The position numbers and the translations under genes are program-made. A stretch of 64,000 nucleotides of DNA, from assembly GCA_002862745.1 (NCBI GenBank), contig PKDX01000026.1, forward strand, positions 7,947-71,946, given 5' to 3'. Below are positions 25,442-36,071 of this stretch, piece after piece. The notes beneath the pieces are model-generated. The model did not search any database. It saw only the letters and a program-made list of their open reading frames with translations, and was not told the DNA's origin. The stretch comes from Bacteroidota bacterium. Lineage in GTDB: Bacteria > Bacteroidota > Bacteroidia > Chitinophagales > UBA8649. How positions within the stretch are numbered: the stretch's first letter is position 1; every line of letters starts with the position of its first letter.

Positions 25442-26800
25442 ATGGCACGAATACTAATCGTTGATGACGAAAAAAACATTAGACAATCCCTTCGAGAGAT
25501 TCTAGAGTATGAGCACTACGAAGTTGATGAAGCTTCAGATGGTGAGGTAGCGCTGAATATGATTTTAGAAGATGTCTATGACGTTGTCCTCTTAGATATC
25601 AAGATGCCAAAGCGTGATGGCATGGAAGTTCTTCAACTGGCCAAAGCGGCGGAAGTCGAAGCGCAGTTCATTATGATTTCAGGTCACGGTCAAATTGATA
25701 CGGCAGTGGAAACGGTTCGATCGGGAGCCTACGACTACTTATCCAAGCCACCGGATTTAAATCGCCTTCTTATTACTGTGCGCAATGCGCTGGATAAATC
25801 TACCTTGATTACCGAGACCAAGGTGCTCAAGCGCAAGGTATCCAAGACAAGAGAAATTGTAGGGGAGAGTTCAGCCATTGAGTCTATCAAACAGACCATA
25901 TCGAAGGTTGCTCCTACCGAGGCGCGGGTATTGATTACAGGAGAAAATGGAACGGGAAAGGAATTAGTCGCTCGTTGGATTCATGAACAAAGTCCACGTT
26001 CTAAGGGTCAGTTGGTTGAAGTGAATTGTGCTGCCATACCGGCAGAACTTATTGAAAGCGAATTATTCGGACACGAAAAAGGAGCCTTCACTTCAGCGAT
26101 TAAACAACGTATAGGAAAGTTCGAGCAAGCCAGTGGAGGTACGCTATTTCTTGATGAGATAGGTGATATGTCGATGTCTGCCCAAGCGAAGGTGCTTCGC
26201 GCATTACAGGAAAACAAAATCACCCGCGTTGGTGGAGACAAGGAGATCAAAGTTGATGTGCGCGTGGTAGCGGCTACCAATAAAGATCTTGCTAAGGAAA
26301 TTGATCTAGGTAATTTTCGAATGGATCTTTATCACCGTCTGTCCGTCATTTTGATTCATGTGCCTTCATTAAATGATAGGGTAGAGGATATCCCATTGAT
26401 TACGGAGCGATTCCTCAAGGAGATATGCCAAGACTACGGTATCCCACTCAAAAAAATTACCCCATCGGCTGTTGCTGAGTTGCAGGAGGTGGAGTGGACT
26501 GGAAATATCCGTGAACTTCGAAACGTCGTGGAGCGACTTGTGATTCTTTCCAAAGGGAGTAAAATTGAAACCGAAGACGTTCAATCCAATGTGTCCAATG
26601 TGATGGCAAAAAGTCCACCCTTGCAATTGTTTGAATCCTTTGAGAAGTTCCAAGACTTTAAAGAGCATATCGAAAAACTCTTTATCGAGGATAAGCTTCG
26701 AAAGAATGGTTGGAATGTTTCTAAGACGGCGGATGTTCTCGATATTCAGCGAAGCCATCTCTATAATAAAATAGAGAAGTATAATTTGAAGCGGTCCTAG
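25442..26800 (+). CDS. NtrC/NtrX-family response regulator (REC-AAA+-HTH)
   Basis: ILIVDDE, LLDIKMP, GENGTGKE, ESELFGHEKGAFTSA, LFLDEIG and Fis-type HTH. Confidence 0.95.
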   Translation: MARILIVDDEKNIRQSLREILEYEHYEVDEASDGEVALNMILEDVYDVVLLDIKMPKRDGMEVLQLAKAAEVEAQFIMISGHGQIDTAVETVRSGAYDYLSKPPDLNRLLITVRNALDKSTLITETKVLKRKVSKTREIVGESSAIESIKQTISKVAPTEARVLITGENGTGKELVARWIHEQSPRSKGQLVEVNCAAIPAELIESELFGHEKGAFTSAIKQRIGKFEQASGGTLFLDEIGDMSMSAQAKVLRALQENKITRVGGDKEIKVDVRVVAATNKDLAKEIDLGNFRMDLYHRLSVILIHVPSLNDRVEDIPLITERFLKEICQDYGIPLKKITPSAVAELQEVEWTGNIRELRNVVERLVILSKGSKIETEDVQSNVSNVMAKSPPLQLFESFEKFQDFKEHIEKLFIEDKLRKNGWNVSKTADVLDIQRSHLYNKIEKYNLKRS

Positions 26801-26804
26801 TTAG

Positions 26805-27740
26805 CTAAACTAGTTTTAATCCTTCTGTAGAGAGTTCGAAAGAATGGCCTTCAAGAGCTAGGTGACTTCTAATGAATGAGGCTTGACATTCTTCTAATAG
26901 AGGCTCCAAGTTTTCATATCGAGCCGAAAAATGTCCAATTAAAAGATCCTTTACTCCAGCCTCTTTGGCCATCCATGCAGCATCCTTGGCCGTACTGTGT
27001 CCGGTAGCCTCGGCGCGATCCTGACGGCTATTCAAAAAGGTGGCTTCATGATATAGTACATCGGTATCGTTTAAACGTTGGATGTTTTCCGGTTTTCGAG
27101 CGGTGTCTGAGCAATAGGTGTAAATGCAACCACGACTACTCGGCAAGGTGACATCTTCTAAATGGACTGTATTGCCTTCTAAGTCCTTGACCACCTCCCC
27201 AGCAAGGAGTTGTCCAATGGTCTTTCCTTCAATGCCTAAAGCCTGGAGTTTCTCAGTGGACACATTGGGCTTTTGCTTGATTTGCTCAAATTGGAATCCA
27301 AGGCATTCGATGCTGTGATTCATCACTAAGGTGCTGACTCGACAGTCTTTGGTCTCAAGAATGGTTTCCGCGCTATCCATAGTCAAGCCGTGAAAAACTA
27401 GTTCGTATTGAAGGCGGTGGCTGTAATCTCCTAGGACACTTTGAAGCATTCCCTCAAGATCAGGGGGACCATAAATATTCAGGGGAGCTTCTCGACCATT
27501 TAGGTTTAAGGTATTAATCAAGCCAAAAAGACCGAAATAATGATCTCCATGGAGGTGGGAGATGAATATGTGGTCAAGTTTACCTCTCTTGATATTGTAC
27601 TTACTCATTTGCAACTGACAACCTTCACCGCAATCAATGAGAAATTTGTTGCCGTCTAGCGAGAGGACTTGACTTGAAGGGTGTCTTCCAAATGCTGGCA
27701 CGGCTGAGTTAGACCCTAGGATGGTGAGTTCAAAACTCAT
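26805..27740 (-). CDS. rnz: Ribonuclease Z
   Basis: LGSNSAVP, IDCGEG, SHLHGDH, YHEATF, GHST and GHFSARY motifs. Confidence 0.95.
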   Translation of the reverse strand: MSFELTILGSNSAVPAFGRHPSSQVLSLDGNKFLIDCGEGCQLQMSKYNIKRGKLDHIFISHLHGDHYFGLFGLINTLNLNGREAPLNIYGPPDLEGMLQSVLGDYSHRLQYELVFHGLTMDSAETILETKDCRVSTLVMNHSIECLGFQFEQIKQKPNVSTEKLQALGIEGKTIGQLLAGEVVKDLEGNTVHLEDVTLPSSRGCIYTYCSDTARKPENIQRLNDTDVLYHEATFLNSRQDRAEATGHSTAKDAAWMAKEAGVKDLLIGHFSARYENLEPLLEECQASFIRSHLALEGHSFELSTEGLKLV

Positions 27741-28111
27741 TAAGCATCGAGATCCCCTTCTAGGTTGTCCAATTTAACGAAGTCAATCGCTTCTGCGTTG
27801 GTGGGAATCAAGGTCAACACATCATCTAATCTTGAGAGTGTGATCAGGCTTTTAACACTTGGGGCAATGTTGGTAAGAATAAAAGAACCCTCGCTTTCTT
27901 CACGACAAAGACGGTGACCAATAAGCAATGCACTCAACCCACTAGAGTCGATGTATTTCACGTCACTTAAATCACAGATAATACGCGTATGTTCTTCTTG
28001 AAAGAGCAACATAAACTCAGACTTGAGTTTGGGAGCAATCATACTTGTCAGCTTCTCTTCTTGAGGCTGAATCAGTGCGTAGTGTTCATTTTTTTCGATA
28101 CTGAATTTCAT
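27740..28111 (-). CDS. STAS-domain anti-sigma-factor antagonist
   Basis: DLSDVKYIDSSGLSALL motif. Confidence 0.9.
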   Translation of the reverse strand: MKFSIEKNEHYALIQPQEEKLTSMIAPKLKSEFMLLFQEEHTRIICDLSDVKYIDSSGLSALLIGHRLCREESEGSFILTNIAPSVKSLITLSRLDDVLTLIPTNAEAIDFVKLDNLEGDLDA

Positions 28112-28236
28112 ATTCTTGAACTTTTTCTTTTAGGCCTTGAAACCTACAAGTGGAAATTTACGCATATTACTTAAAAACTAAGGCATGAGTCTTAGGTATA
28201 TTATTACTTTTATCTCAATAAGAAACTTAGGATACG

Positions 28237-30885
28237 ATGGCGGAAAAATTCTCACCTCAAGTGCGCAATGTAATCTCCTACTCGCGAGAAGAGGCTTTAC
28301 GATTAAATCACAACTACATTGGAATCGAACACCTTTTATTGGGTTTGATTCGGGAAGGCGAGGGCTTGGCAATTAAAGTGCTCCATTCTTTGGATGTAGA
28401 TCCTGTTGTGATTCGTCGTGCTGTGGAGCGTGCGGTGGCGGATAATAGTTCCCCCCTCAAAAGTCCTGATGAAAAACTTACCATCAACAAGCAAGCAGAG
28501 AAGGTGCTGAAAATTACGGTCCTCGAAGCCAAGCAATTGCGCAATGAGTGGGTAAGTACGGAACATTTATTCCTTGCCATCCTAAAAAATCCCGACAATG
28601 TAGCTACTCAAATTCTTGAAAAGCACGATGTCAACTATGAAATTTTTAAGGCCGAACTGGACTACTTGCAGAATGAAATCAAGGGAGAGACCTCTCGTGA
28701 TGATGATGGAGATGCTGCCGAAGAGGATCCAGGTTCTAGTCGAAAGGAAGGAGGTCCAGGCTTCTCAAGACGAGGTAAAACAAAATCTAAGACGCCCGTC
28801 TTGGACAACTTCGGAAGAGATGTTACCGAAATGGCCATCAACGATAAGCTTGATCCCATTGTCGGTCGAGATACAGAAATCGAACGGGTTTCCCAGATTC
28901 TAAGTAGACGTAAGAAGAATAACCCAATTCTCATCGGAGAACCGGGGGTGGGTAAAACAGCCATCGTTGAAGGCCTTGCCCTTCGTATTGTCCAGCGGAA
29001 AGTATCACGAGTCCTCTTTAATCGTCGCGTGGTGATGCTTGACTTAGCGGCCTTAGTTGCAGGAACAAAGTATCGTGGCCAGTTCGAGGAGAGAATGAAA
29101 GCGATTATGGCAGAGCTTGAAAAGAATCAAGATGTCATTCTCTTTATTGACGAGATTCATACCATCGTTGGTGCAGGAGGTGCTACGGGCTCACTAGATG
29201 CATCGAATATTTTCAAGCCAGCATTGGCGCGTGGTGAGCTTCAGGTGATTGGAGCTTCTACCTTAGATGAGTATCGTCAGCACATTGAAAAGGACGGTGC
29301 ATTAGATCGCCGTTTCCAAAAAGTGATTATCGATCCGCCAAGCATCGAGGAGTCGATTACCATTCTTGAGAACATTCAAGTGAAGTATGAAGATTATCAT
29401 AATGTAACCTACACAGAAGGTACGATCGAATCATGCGTGAAGCTTTCTGAACGATACATTACCGATCGATTTCTTCCCGATAAAGCCATTGACGTAATGG
29501 ATGAGGTTGGTGCCAGAGTTCATTTAAAAAACATTAAGGTCCCTCTGAACATTACGGAGCTTGAGGGTAAGATTGATGCGATTAAGGAAGAGAAAAACAA
29601 CGTCGTAAAAAATCAGAAGTATGAGGAAGCCGCTCGACTTCGAGATGATGAGAAAAAGTTACTCGAGGAATTGGATGCTGCGAAGTTGGCTTGGGAAGAT
29701 GAAGTAAAGACTCAGCGTTTCCCAATTACCGAAGATGACATTGCTGAAGTGGTGGGCATGATGACGGGAATTCCAGTGAAACGAATTGCGGAATCAGAGA
29801 GTCAGAAGCTTGTTAAAATGGGCGATGACTTGCGTAATCGTGTGATTGGTCAAGATGAGGCAATTGAAAAAGTAGTGAAGTCTATTCAGCGAAATCGAGT
29901 AGGGTTAAAAGATCCCAACAAGCCTATTGGAACCTTCATATTTCTTGGACCGACGGGTGTTGGAAAAACAGAGCTTGCTCGTGCTATAGCCGAAAATCTT
30001 TTTGACTCAGAAGATTCACTCATCCGAATTGATATGAGTGAATACATGGAGAAGTTCTCTGTGAGTCGCTTGATTGGAGCACCTCCCGGCTATGTGGGCT
30101 ATGAAGAAGGTGGTCAGCTTACGGAAAAAGTTCGAAGAAAGCCCTATTCAGTGGTCTTATTAGATGAGATTGAAAAGGCTCACCCCGATATCTTCAATAT
30201 TCTACTACAGGTGTTAGATGACGGTTTGTTAACCGATGGGCTTGGACGAAAAATTAACTTCAAGAATACCTTGATTATCATGACGTCTAATATCGGCGTG
30301 AGAGACCTTAAGGACTTCGGACAAGGCGTTGGTTTCGCCACAAAAAATCGTCAAAGTCAAGCCGGCGATCACGCACGTTCAGTAATTCAAAAGGCGCTAA
30401 AGCGAACCTTTTCCCCTGAATTTCTAAATCGTATTGATGACTTGATTACCTTCTCCAGCCTGAGCGAAGAGGACATTTTCAAGATTATCGATATATCCAT
30501 GCGTGGTGTGCATGGCAGAATTGAGGATTTAGGATACTACCTCGAGCTGTCCGAAGAAGCGAAGCGCTTTGTGGCGAAGCGAGGATTTGATCCGGAATTT
30601 GGTGCACGACCGCTTAATCGAGCGATTCAGAAGTACTTGGAAGATCCCATTGCTGAGGAAATGTTATCCGGTCGTCTTAAAGAAGGGGATACCTTACTCG
30701 CTGATAAGGATGAGGACAAGGAGAAGTTGGTCATTTCTAAGAAAGCGACCAAAAAATCGTCTAGCAAGGCATCTAGTAAATCGTCGAGCAAGTCCACCAA
30801 AGCGGCGAAACCATCCGATGATGTTAGCGGATCGGAAGGAAGAGAGGAAGCGGAAGATTCATCTGCACAGGATGCGGAGGCGTAA
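28237..30885 (+). CDS. clpC: ATP-dependent Clp protease ATPase subunit ClpC
   Basis: Two Clp-N repeats, GEPGVGKT and GPTGVGKT Walker A motifs, UVR-like EEAARLRD, and a VGF ClpP-docking loop. Confidence 0.95.
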   Translation: MAEKFSPQVRNVISYSREEALRLNHNYIGIEHLLLGLIREGEGLAIKVLHSLDVDPVVIRRAVERAVADNSSPLKSPDEKLTINKQAEKVLKITVLEAKQLRNEWVSTEHLFLAILKNPDNVATQILEKHDVNYEIFKAELDYLQNEIKGETSRDDDGDAAEEDPGSSRKEGGPGFSRRGKTKSKTPVLDNFGRDVTEMAINDKLDPIVGRDTEIERVSQILSRRKKNNPILIGEPGVGKTAIVEGLALRIVQRKVSRVLFNRRVVMLDLAALVAGTKYRGQFEERMKAIMAELEKNQDVILFIDEIHTIVGAGGATGSLDASNIFKPALARGELQVIGASTLDEYRQHIEKDGALDRRFQKVIIDPPSIEESITILENIQVKYEDYHNVTYTEGTIESCVKLSERYITDRFLPDKAIDVMDEVGARVHLKNIKVPLNITELEGKIDAIKEEKNNVVKNQKYEEAARLRDDEKKLLEELDAAKLAWEDEVKTQRFPITEDDIAEVVGMMTGIPVKRIAESESQKLVKMGDDLRNRVIGQDEAIEKVVKSIQRNRVGLKDPNKPIGTFIFLGPTGVGKTELARAIAENLFDSEDSLIRIDMSEYMEKFSVSRLIGAPPGYVGYEEGGQLTEKVRRKPYSVVLLDEIEKAHPDIFNILLQVLDDGLLTDGLGRKINFKNTLIIMTSNIGVRDLKDFGQGVGFATKNRQSQAGDHARSVIQKALKRTFSPEFLNRIDDLITFSSLSEEDIFKIIDISMRGVHGRIEDLGYYLELSEEAKRFVAKRGFDPEFGARPLNRAIQKYLEDPIAEEMLSGRLKEGDTLLADKDEDKEKLVISKKATKKSSSKASSKSSSKSTKAAKPSDDVSGSEGREEAEDSSAQDAEA

Positions 30886-30905
30886 CGTCAGAAAGCCAAT
30901 AAGCC

Positions 30906-31292
30906 TTACTTCTTTTTTGCGTCAAACCATAGCTTTTCGAGGGCTTTGTCCCCGGTCATGTAGTCTATGGTCAGTTCCTCTCCCATAGAAATAAAGGATT
31001 GACTAATCACACGCATGGCTTGTTTATCCTCTAAGCGCTCCCAATAGCAATTGGCAGGCGAGGCGTGGTTGTATATAGAGAGGTATCCTAGGCCAACAGC
31101 AATTTGGCTTTCAGACCACTCAAAGTAGTAGTCGTAGAGTTTGCTGGATTGAAGAATACCGCGTTCACTGGAAGGAAGGATGATAAGCGGTGAAAACTCG
31201 ATTAACGTTCCTTCTTCTATATCTTCTGTGGCAAAGACACCTCTTCCATGAATGGGTGATTGGGCGATCTCTAAAAAAGGAAGAATTACCAT
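30906..31292 (-). CDS. SET-domain protein (putative lysine methyltransferase)
   Basis: SPIHGRGVFA, YNHASPANC and GEELTIDY motifs. Confidence 0.92.
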   Translation of the reverse strand: MVILPFLEIAQSPIHGRGVFATEDIEEGTLIEFSPLIILPSSERGILQSSKLYDYYFEWSESQIAVGLGYLSIYNHASPANCYWERLEDKQAMRVISQSFISMGEELTIDYMTGDKALEKLWFDAKKK

Positions 31293-31296
31293 GGGA

Positions 31297-32577
31297 TTAC
31301 TTGGCCATTAATGCCTCAATTTCTTCAATTTCTCGTGGAATATCCGCCATTAAGTCATTGGGTTTATCCATAGTAACTACGATATCATTTTCGATGCGAA
31401 TTCCAATTCCTTCCTCTCGGACATAAATTCCTGGCTCGACAGTCAGTACCATGCCGGGTTTGAGCTCGGCAAAGCGACTTCCTACATCATGGGTGTCCAG
31501 TCCCAGGTAGTGGCCAATGCCATGGGGAAAGTATTGATGGCTTTCTTTTAAGGCTTCTTTGTCATCACTTGCCTTAACTAATCCCACTTGACGAAGAGTA
31601 TGCATCATAATGCGTTTTGACTCGAGTTGATAAGCCTGCAGTGTGATCCCCGGTCGGGCGATATCGATACATTCTATTTGAACCTGAAGACAGGCATTAT
31701 AGAGTTCTTTTTGACGCGCACTAAACGTACCATTGACCGGAATGGTCCTTGACAGATCAGCAGAGTAATAGGCATAATCTGCCCCGAAATCCATCAGGAG
31801 TAAGTCTCCGTCCTTTAATTTTTCATGATTTGTTATATAATGTAGAACACAGGCATTTTCCCCCCCAGCAATAATAGGCTGATAAGCATGTCCTCCACAT
31901 CCATTTCGAATAAAAGTTTCGGTAATGGCTGCCTCTACCTCATATTCATAGATGCCCTCTTTGACCATATCCAGGGTTCTCATAAAGCCTTCTTTAGTAA
32001 TGGCACAAGCTTTGGACAGCGTATCGATTTCAACAGAATGCTTAATGCAACGTAAGGCATCAAAAATTGCAGCAAGTCGAACAATGCCGTGCAGAGGATA
32101 CCTCATTTTCCAGGAGGCGGCTTCTTTCTTACCCAAGATCAATTCGGTCGCATCACTTCGATCATGTTCATTAATGACAAGAGCTAAATTTTCTGCGTGA
32201 GAGGATAATTGATGGACAACTGAATCCAAATCCTCTATAAAATGTACGTTTTGAATCCCTGTCGCTGCACGAGCACCTTCTTTTGAGAGGCGTTCCCCTT
32301 CCCAAAGGGCTTTCAATGGAGTTCGTTTTTCAATAAACAGCATTTCCTTCCACTCTTCGCGTGGGGCATCGGGAAACATGACTACAGCGGTATGCGCCTG
32401 TTGAATTCCCGTTAGCCAAAGTATATAACTGCTTGGCTCATAGGGCAAGTGCGCATCCGCATTGGCAGGGAATACTGGGTTGGATTGGATGATCGCAACA
32501 CTCTTGGCAGGAAGTGCCGTGGCAAGCCGTTGTCGGTTGTCTACATATAATGTCGAGGATAGGGCCTTATATCTCAT
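31297..32577 (-). CDS. pepP: Xaa-Pro aminopeptidase
   Basis: CVLHY, MDFGA, DLSRT, HGIGHYLGLDTHD, TVEPGIY and GIRIEND motifs. Confidence 0.93.
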   Translation of the reverse strand: MRYKALSSTLYVDNRQRLATALPAKSVAIIQSNPVFPANADAHLPYEPSSYILWLTGIQQAHTAVVMFPDAPREEWKEMLFIEKRTPLKALWEGERLSKEGARAATGIQNVHFIEDLDSVVHQLSSHAENLALVINEHDRSDATELILGKKEAASWKMRYPLHGIVRLAAIFDALRCIKHSVEIDTLSKACAITKEGFMRTLDMVKEGIYEYEVEAAITETFIRNGCGGHAYQPIIAGGENACVLHYITNHEKLKDGDLLLMDFGADYAYYSADLSRTIPVNGTFSARQKELYNACLQVQIECIDIARPGITLQAYQLESKRIMMHTLRQVGLVKASDDKEALKESHQYFPHGIGHYLGLDTHDVGSRFAELKPGMVLTVEPGIYVREEGIGIRIENDIVVTMDKPNDLMADIPREIEEIEALMAK

Positions 32578-32706
32578 GCTTTAAAGGTATGTATTTCGGT
32601 CTTTTATTTGATAAAATGGGGTAATCTTCGCAGACCCCTTTAGGGGCTGCAAAAATCTTTGCAAAAATCTTTTAGACAACATGCCTATTACTTGGTTAGT
32701 TTTTGC

Positions 32707-32714
32707 TACATTTG
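32707..32714 (+). promoter_or_regulatory. -7 promoter element of the str operon
   Basis: TACATTTG, 27 nt upstream of the rpsL ATG. Confidence 0.7.
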
Positions 32715-32741
32715 CAGTCCGAAAATTTTAGCACGCGAAGT

Positions 32742-33116
32742 ATGCCTACTATTCAACAACTCGTCCGAAAGGGACGAAAAGTCATCAAAGGAAAGAGCAA
32801 ATCAATGGCTCTAGATAGCTGTCCTCAGCGACGCGGAGTATGTACGAGAGTATATACAACAACACCTAAGAAGCCAAACTCTGCGCTTCGAAAGGTTGCC
32901 AAAGTGCGTCTCACAAACAGCAAAGAAGTAATTGCTTATATCCCAGGTGAAGGTCACAATTTACAGGAACACTCTATTGTATTAATCAGAGGTGGAAGGG
33001 TAAAGGATCTTCCAGGTGTTCGATATCACATCGTTCGTGGTGCATTGGATACTGCTGGAGTTGATGGCCGTTTACAATCACGATCTAAGTATGGTGCTAA
33101 GCGCCCAAAGAAATAA
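32742..33116 (+). CDS. rpsL: 30S ribosomal protein S12
   Basis: MPTIQQLVR...[10 protein letters not shown]...RVKDLPGVR; true start ATG 32742. Confidence 0.99.
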   Translation: MPTIQQLVRKGRKVIKGKSKSMALDSCPQRRGVCTRVYTTTPKKPNSALRKVAKVRLTNSKEVIAYIPGEGHNLQEHSIVLIRGGRVKDLPGVRYHIVRGALDTAGVDGRLQSRSKYGAKRPKK

Positions 33117-33146
33117 ATCATTCATCCTAACGAAGAATAAAGAATA

Positions 33147-33614
33147 ATGAGAAAGCAGAAGCCTAGAAAACGCTACTACGAACCGGACCCAAGATTTGGA
33201 GACGAATTGGTATCAATCTTCGTCAACAACCTAATGCTTGACGGAAAGCGCAGCGTCGCTCAGAAAATCTTTTATGGTGCAATGGACATCATTGAAGAAA
33301 AGTCTGGTGAAAGTGGTCATGAAGCATGGAAGAAAGCGTTGGCAAACATTCAACCAAGCGTTGAAGTACGTTCTCGCCGGGTAGGAGGGGCTACCTTCCA
33401 AATTCCAACGGAAGTTCGTCCTGATCGTCGACGCAGTGTCGGAATGAAATGGCTTATCCGTTATGCGCGTCTTCGCAACGGAAAAAGTATGGCTGAAAAA
33501 CTTGCTGCAGAAATCATGGCAGCGGCAAACGGCGAAGGTGCTGCAGTGAAGAAAAAAGAGGATACGCACCGCATGGCGGAAGCGAACAAAGCATTCTCTC
33601 ACTTTAAGTTCTAA
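33147..33614 (+). CDS. rpsG: 30S ribosomal protein S7
   Basis: [11 protein letters not shown] and [10 protein letters not shown]. Confidence 0.99.
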   Translation: MRKQKPRKRYYEPDPRFGDELVSIFVNNLMLDGKRSVAQKIFYGAMDIIEEKSGESGHEAWKKALANIQPSVEVRSRRVGGATFQIPTEVRPDRRRSVGMKWLIRYARLRNGKSMAEKLAAEIMAAANGEGAAVKKKEDTHRMAEANKAFSHFKF

Positions 33615-33644
33615 AAATAACTCACAACGAATAGATAAGAAACC

Positions 33645-35741
33645 ATGGCTAAGGATCTTAATTATCAAAGGAATATTGGAATCGCTGCCCACATTGATGC
33701 GGGTAAGACGACGACCACAGAACGTATTCTCTTCTACACGGGTATTTCTCATAAGATCGGGGAGGTTCACGACGGTGCTGCCACAATGGACTGGATGGAG
33801 CAGGAGCAGGAGCGTGGTATTACTATTACCTCTGCTGCGACAAACTGTGATTGGGTTTACCGCGATGATAAGTACAACGTAAACATTATTGATACTCCGG
33901 GTCACGTGGACTTTACCGTTGAGGTAAATCGTTCTCTTCGTGTTCTTGATGGTCTAGTGTTCTTGTTCTCTGCCGTAGATGGTGTTGAGCCACAGTCAGA
34001 AACCAACTGGCGTCTTGCAGATAACTACCGCGTTCCACGTATTGGTTTCGTAAATAAGATGGACCGACAAGGTGCAGACTTCCTAGAAGTTTGTCGTCAG
34101 GTACGTGAAATGTTAGGATCTAATCCAATTCCGCTTCAGTTACCCATCGGTGCAGAGGATGATTTCAAAGGAGTTGTTGACCTTATCTCAAACAAAGCAA
34201 TTGTTTGGAATACAGATGACTTCGGAATGACTTATGAAGAAATCGAAATGCCAGCAGACATGGTTGACCAAGTTGCTGAGTATCGCCAAATTCTTGTCGA
34301 GGCAGTTGCTGAGTATGATGAGGCGTTAATGGAGAAATTCTTCGAGGATGAGAACTCTATCACTGAGGATGAAATGATCGAGGCGCTTAGAAAAGCAACT
34401 ATCGACATGAGCATCATCCCAATGATGTGCGGTTCTGCTTTCAAAAACAAAGGAGTTCAAGCGGTGTTGGATGCAGTTATCCGATTTATGCCTTCTCCAC
34501 TTGATGTTCCTCCAGTAGAGGGAACAAACCCAGATACTGACGAAGTAGTGCAGCGTAAGGCAGAGACAAGTGAGCCATTCGCAGCGCTTGCCTTTAAGAT
34601 CGCTACTGACCCTTATGTAGGTCGTCTATGCTTTATGCGTGTTTACTCAGGCCAGCTTGACGCAGGTTCTTATGTAAAGAATACGCGCTCAGGTAAAAAG
34701 GAACGTATCTCACGGCTTTTCCAGATGCACTCCAACAAGCAGAACTCTATTGAGTCGCTAGGTGCTGGAGATATCGGAGCCGGTGTTGGATTTAAAGATA
34801 TTCGTACAGGGGATACACTATGTGCTGAAAACGCGCCGATCGTATTAGAGTCAATGGACTTCCCAGATCCAGTTATCGGACTAGCCATCGAGCCTAAGAC
34901 ACAGAAGGACGTTGACAAGTTAGGGATGGCACTTGCTAAGCTCGCTGAGGAGGATCCTACGTTCCAAGTTGCTTACAACGAGGAAACAGGACAAACTGTA
35001 ATTAGCGGAATGGGTGAGCTTCACCTTGAGATTATTGTTGATCGTCTAAAGCGTGAGTTTAAAGTAGAGTGTAATCAAGGTGCTCCTCAAGTAAACTACA
35101 AAGAGGCACTTACTACATCTATCGAACACCGCGAAACGTATAAGAAGCAGTCCGGTGGTCGAGGTAAGTTCGCGGATATCCAATTCGAAATCGGGCCAAT
35201 TGAGCAGACAGAAGATGCGAAAGAAGGCTTGACCTTCGAAAACGCCATCTTCGGGGGAGCTATTCCAAGAGAATTTATTCCATCGGTTGAGAAAGGATTC
35301 AAGGATGCTATGAATAATGGGCCACTTGCCGGATTCGGGATTGATAGTATGCGTGTTCGTCTCTTTGACGGTTCTTTCCACGCGGTTGACTCCGATCAAT
35401 TATCCTTCGAATTAGCGGCTAAAATGGGATTCCGTGAAGCAGCTAAAAAAGCAAAACCAGTTCTTCTTGAGCCGATTATGAAGCTGGAAGTACTCACACC
35501 TGATGAATATACAGGTGATATCGTAGGTGACCTTAACCGTCGTCGAGGCCTTATGCAAGGAATGGATGCCAAAGGTTCTGGTCAGGTGATTAAGGCTAAG
35601 GTGCCTTTATCGGAGATGTTTGGTTACGTAACCGATTTACGTACGATCTCTTCAGGACGAGCAACTTCTTCTATGGAGTTTGACTCATTCCAACCCGCTC
35701 CAGAAGGTGTAGCTAAAAAAGTAATTGAAGAACGCAGTTAA
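33645..35741 (+). CDS. fusA: Elongation factor G
   Basis: [23 protein letters not shown] and GMGELHL. Confidence 0.99.
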   Translation: MAKDLNYQRNIGIAAHIDAGKTTTTERILFYTGISHKIGEVHDGAATMDWMEQEQERGITITSAATNCDWVYRDDKYNVNIIDTPGHVDFTVEVNRSLRVLDGLVFLFSAVDGVEPQSETNWRLADNYRVPRIGFVNKMDRQGADFLEVCRQVREMLGSNPIPLQLPIGAEDDFKGVVDLISNKAIVWNTDDFGMTYEEIEMPADMVDQVAEYRQILVEAVAEYDEALMEKFFEDENSITEDEMIEALRKATIDMSIIPMMCGSAFKNKGVQAVLDAVIRFMPSPLDVPPVEGTNPDTDEVVQRKAETSEPFAALAFKIATDPYVGRLCFMRVYSGQLDAGSYVKNTRSGKKERISRLFQMHSNKQNSIESLGAGDIGAGVGFKDIRTGDTLCAENAPIVLESMDFPDPVIGLAIEPKTQKDVDKLGMALAKLAEEDPTFQVAYNEETGQTVISGMGELHLEIIVDRLKREFKVECNQGAPQVNYKEALTTSIEHRETYKKQSGGRGKFADIQFEIGPIEQTEDAKEGLTFENAIFGGAIPREFIPSVEKGFKDAMNNGPLAGFGIDSMRVRLFDGSFHAVDSDQLSFELAAKMGFREAAKKAKPVLLEPIMKLEVLTPDEYTGDIVGDLNRRRGLMQGMDAKGSGQVIKAKVPLSEMFGYVTDLRTISSGRATSSMEFDSFQPAPEGVAKKVIEERS

Positions 35742-35760
35742 GCAGTAAAAAGGTCCAATA

Positions 35761-36066
35761 ATGACACAACGAATTCGCATAAAACTTAAATCATACGACT
35801 ACAATCTCGTAGACAAGTCTTCCGAGAAAATCGTAAAGACAGTTCGTAGCACAGGAGCTGTAGTGAGTGGTCCAATCCCTCTCCCTACGAAGCGTAAGGT
35901 ATTTACCGTATTGCGTTCACCCCACGTGAATGGTAAGTCTAAAGAGCAATTTCAGCTTGACACCTACAAGCGTTTATTAGATATTTATTCGTCAACATCC
36001 AAAACAATCGATGCGCTGATGAAACTTGAACTTCCAAGTGGCGTCGATGTGGAGATTAAAGTATAA
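35761..36066 (+). CDS. rpsJ: 30S ribosomal protein S10
   Basis: [17 protein letters not shown] and RSPHV. Confidence 0.99.
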   Translation: MTQRIRIKLKSYDYNLVDKSSEKIVKTVRSTGAVVSGPIPLPTKRKVFTVLRSPHVNGKSKEQFQLDTYKRLLDIYSSTSKTIDALMKLELPSGVDVEIKV

Positions 36067-36071
36067 CCCTC

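Noticed and set aside
24962-27740. RNase P RNA and RNase Z within 1.5 kb as a tRNA-maturation cluster
   Set aside because: They are on opposite strands in separate transcription units with an unrelated gene between, so this is probably coincidence.
33231-33905. 224-aa antisense ORF over rpsG/fusA, plus many short shadow ORFs in the ribosomal cluster
   Set aside because: Antisense shadows of highly conserved, codon-biased genes, with no independent motifs.
35742-35760. No tuf between fusA and rpsJ, and no adk after secY
   Set aside because: This is the usual gene order in Bacteroidota.
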